Source of the DNA: Sedimentisphaerales bacterium
Lineage (GTDB): Bacteria; Planctomycetota; Phycisphaerae; Sedimentisphaerales; Anaerobacaceae
NCBI GenBank assembly: GCA_963708075.1
Contig: OY970194.1
Coordinates: 6,112,001-6,176,000 of the forward strand
Direction: 5' to 3'
DNA: 64,000 nucleotides
Position numbers and translations under genes: made by a program. Under the pieces are notes generated by a model. The model saw only the letters and a program-made list of their open reading frames with translations, did not search any database and was not told the origin of the DNA. This document shows positions 61,443-64,000 of the stretch, in pieces; the stretch's first letter is position 1; each line of letters starts with the position of its first letter.

Positions 61443-62135
61443 ATGGCGTTTGCATACGAACGGGAAATGGCGGCACCGGCGAGCGCGTGGCTAGCTGCAC
61501 AGGAGCTGATGGTCAAGCGGGAGTTCCCGACGCCGTGGGGCGTCTGTGATCTTGTCGGCTGCTCGCTGAACGAGCTCAAGGTGCGAAAAAGATTGCTCCT
61601 GGGCCAGCGCAAAGCGCTGCGCTCGCAACTGCGGGTGCATGTGCTCTCGCTGATTCCCGACCGCAGCGAGGGACGGTCCATTAGCCTTGATGACCTGCAT
61701 CGCTGCTTCGGCGGCCACCTGGATCGCGGCCGGATCGAGGAGGAAATTGAGAAGCTTATCGAGGATCGCTTCGTGGAGCAGGTCGATGGGCAAACCTACT
61801 CCAGGCATAATCGCTGGGTACCTCTGCACAAGAGACTAATCGCGGTCGAGCTCAAGCTCACCCGCACGGACGATGTCTTCGTCCAGGCCGTCAACAATCT
61901 TGGGTTCGCGGATGAATCGTACGTGGCGCTGCCGGCCGACCGGGCCCGGCGGCTGGCAAAAAGTCAATCGAGAGCGGCATTCACCGCAAAAGGGATTGGC
62001 CTGCTGGCGGTCGGCCCCGATAGCTGCCGGGCGATTCTCAAAGCCAGGCCGATGCGCCGGCACGCGAACAGTCCCATCCAGCACTACTGCGTCGAGCGGT
62101 TCTGGCAACCGTACCTCAGGGGCGGCCGCCCCTGA
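61443..62135 (+). CDS. PD-(D/E)XK nuclease-like protein with probable inserted winged helix
   Basis: REF....GVCDLV; IAVELKL; QA...FADESYVA. Confidence 0.65.
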   Translation: MAFAYEREMAAPASAWLAAQELMVKREFPTPWGVCDLVGCSLNELKVRKRLLLGQRKALRSQLRVHVLSLIPDRSEGRSISLDDLHRCFGGHLDRGRIEEEIEKLIEDRFVEQVDGQTYSRHNRWVPLHKRLIAVELKLTRTDDVFVQAVNNLGFADESYVALPADRARRLAKSQSRAAFTAKGIGLLAVGPDSCRAILKARPMRRHANSPIQHYCVERFWQPYLRGGRP

Positions 62136-62169
62136 CGAATGCGGAATTCGGAATGCGGAGTGCGGAATA
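62128..62169. repeat. Left heptamer arm of the four-helix-bundle cassette
   Basis: GCCCCTGAC GAATGCG GAATTCG GAATGCG GAGTGCG GAATA; inverse of 62578-62619 (39/42). Confidence 0.88.
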
Positions 62170-62172
62170 GGA

Positions 62173-62532
62173 CTACTTGCGCCCGTGGGTTCGTGCCGTC
62201 TTGATCGACGTGACGACCATGGCGAGAATCTCGTCGGCCTCACTCATCAGGCTCGACATGCGACTGGCCTTCATGATGCCGGCCTCAACAAGCAGCTCCA
62301 TCCAATAGGCGGACTCATCGCATTCCTCTTCGACAATGCCCATCTTCGCGACGAAATCGGCAGGCGACTTTGGGCGGCAAGCGGCGCGATAGTTCGCACC
62401 AACCGACGTACCGCAACGAAGCAACTGCCCGCCAATGACATCCGCCGCTCGCGATCGAGGTAATGCCTCGACAAGCCGGATGGTTCGTAGAGCAAACGCC
62501 TTTGTACGCTTTCTGAGTTCATTATTGTCCAT
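62173..62532 (-). CDS. Four helix bundle protein (TIGR02436 / 23S rRNA IVP-like family)
   Basis: LRKRTKAFALR...QLLRCGTSVGANYRAACR..S..DFVAK..IVEEECDES.YWMELL. Confidence 0.92.
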   Translation of the reverse strand: MDNNELRKRTKAFALRTIRLVEALPRSRAADVIGGQLLRCGTSVGANYRAACRPKSPADFVAKMGIVEEECDESAYWMELLVEAGIMKASRMSSLMSEADEILAMVVTSIKTARTHGRK

Positions 62533-62577
62533 GCACGGCATGGTGTGCAGGATTCGTCCCTTCCGCAAGTGTTCCCG

Positions 62578-62619
62578 TATTCCGCACTCCGTATTCCGAG
62601 TTCCGCATTCGTCAGAGGC
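62578..62619. repeat. Right heptamer arm of the four-helix-bundle cassette
   Basis: TATTCCGCACTCCGTATTCCGAGTTCCGCATTCGTCAGAGGC. Confidence 0.88.
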
Positions 62620-63901
62620 TCATGAGCATGAGTTGCTCGGCAACTTTGCCGGGCTCGCGGACGCTGACGGAGCCGTTGGCCGACAAGACTCCCTTAGGCA
62701 TCTGAGGCAGGCGTCGGCCGAGGACGTATGCCTGCGAGAGGTCCTCGTACAGCCGCAAGGCCCGCTCCGTTGGCAGCGTCATGGCAAGCGTGTCGAGCCA
62801 CTCCTTGTAGAAGGCGGCAAGCTGGTCTTTGGCGACATCCTTGTTGGCCAGCACGGGAAGCTGGTCGAGCAGTTGCCGCAGACTCGGGTACATGCTGTCC
62901 GTGGGGGGCAGGTCGGCCAGGGCCTGTTCGAGCCACTCCCTCATCTCCGGGCTGGCAACGGCCATTCTCCTCAGCGGTGGGATCGCCAGTTTCGGGCGGC
63001 CCTTCTGGATAGGGCTCATTGGCGTGTAATACGTGTAGCTTGTTCCGATGCCCAGCGCAGGATGCTGGCACAGGCCGCGAACCCACAGCACGATGTTCAT
63101 GCCCCAGTACGGCCCCGCAATTACGGGCGCGTCCCTGGGGAGCTGCTCCCTGAGACCTTCGTGAAACGCGAGCAGGGCGGAGTACCGTTCGGTGAAGTTC
63201 TCGCTGAGGTTGTGGTCTGAGAGCGTGATGTCCACGACCCACATGCCATCGGCGCGGGCCAACTGGCAGTCGTGCATGGCCGCCTGTAGCTTGTCGTCAC
63301 GCTGAGGTTTACGGCGGAGAATGGTCGAGCTCGTGAAGACCACCGGAAGAATCAGTTTGACGTCGGGCTTCATCCTGTCCTTCCAGAGCCCCGCGGCCTC
63401 GGCGAGCATGCGGTTGATCTTGTTTCTGCTGCCGCCCGGCGGAATCGGCAACTGCGGCACCGAAATCCAGAGGGGCTTGTGCTCCATGCACGCATCGAGG
63501 TTCTCCGCGACGAACGCATTCAACTCATCCGCGTGCTGTTTGACCCAGTACTTCGGGTCCGTCAAGACTCGATACCCGGTGAATCGGCCGAACTGTCCGT
63601 ACCATCGCTTCCAGAGCTCGTATTTCCAGTCATCCTGCTTTGCCCCTTGCTCATCCAGCGGCCACCGGGCTTCAACGGTTTCCGGCGGCTCCGTGCCGAT
63701 ATCCATGGGCCAGGTGGTCCCGAGGATACAGTCGTAGGCGTCCACCGTCGCGTCCACCCACAGGGGAGTCCCCGGCTCGAGCAGCGGCACTGTCGCGGCG
63801 ATGGTTTCCAGCGGGACCCGCATGCAATGTGCGTCGGCGAAGTACTTCCTGGCGATCGCGCTGTCGCCCTCATTATTGATGAAAGGTATGTAATCCGCCA
63901 T
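62612..63901 (-). CDS. Hypothetical protein, possibly a TIM barrel related to beta-family/sce7725/TGT-like proteins
   Basis: Long ORF with alternating beta/alpha pattern (LWVD, ISVP, ILPV, DGMWVV, VIAGPYWG); convergent with the nuclease-like gene; family call is inference. Confidence 0.5.
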   Translation of the reverse strand: MADYIPFINNEGDSAIARKYFADAHCMRVPLETIAATVPLLEPGTPLWVDATVDAYDCILGTTWPMDIGTEPPETVEARWPLDEQGAKQDDWKYELWKRWYGQFGRFTGYRVLTDPKYWVKQHADELNAFVAENLDACMEHKPLWISVPQLPIPPGGSRNKINRMLAEAAGLWKDRMKPDVKLILPVVFTSSTILRRKPQRDDKLQAAMHDCQLARADGMWVVDITLSDHNLSENFTERYSALLAFHEGLREQLPRDAPVIAGPYWGMNIVLWVRGLCQHPALGIGTSYTYYTPMSPIQKGRPKLAIPPLRRMAVASPEMREWLEQALADLPPTDSMYPSLRQLLDQLPVLANKDVAKDQLAAFYKEWLDTLAMTLPTERALRLYEDLSQAYVLGRRLPQMPKGVLSANGSVSVREPGKVAEQLMLMSL

Positions 63902-64000
63902 CGCCGCACCCCCCATTGGACTGTGTCGAGTCTATTCACCCCATACAGGCGTTTCCTCGTCTACGCTCTTATGTACGCAGCATTCCGGGGAGGTGTGCAG

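Noticed and set aside
62173..62532. Diversity-generating retroelement (Avd-like gene) or 23S rRNA intervening sequence
   Set aside because: No reverse transcriptase, TR/VR pair or rRNA sequence was seen in the window

Overview
GC-rich bacterial DNA whose gene families (GLUG/dockerin-like secreted proteins, PEP-CTERM, BlaI/M56 pair, prepilin H-X9-DG-type protein, Tat-exported sugar enzymes) point to Planctomycetota, probably Phycisphaerae (inference). In order: the tail of a phage-like replication module (1-1762); two copies of a MITE with 25-bp terminal inverted repeats, 8-bp target duplications and REP-like cargo around a GLUG gene; a blaI/blaR-like pair with a tandem operator; msrB-msrA; a peptide-utilisation cluster (tricorn, M2/M3, OPT, M20, POT); sugar-catabolism genes including two unusual fusions (GH5 + ADP-ribosylglycohydrolase; SGNH + GH29); and large secreted proteins. 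At the right end a convergent nuclease-like / TIM-barrel-like gene pair is split by a four-helix-bundle gene cassette enclosed in inverted heptamer-repeat arms. Deleting the cassette restores a clean gene overlap, and related heptamer arms occur elsewhere as empty hairpins and as an in-frame protein linker. Six genes carry single-base frameshifts, three at the same motif (CGGTCTC read as CGGTTCTC), suggesting systematic, possibly methylation-linked, sequencing errors. No rRNA, tRNA or CRISPR array was recognised. Product calls come from motif recognition by eye, not from database searches.
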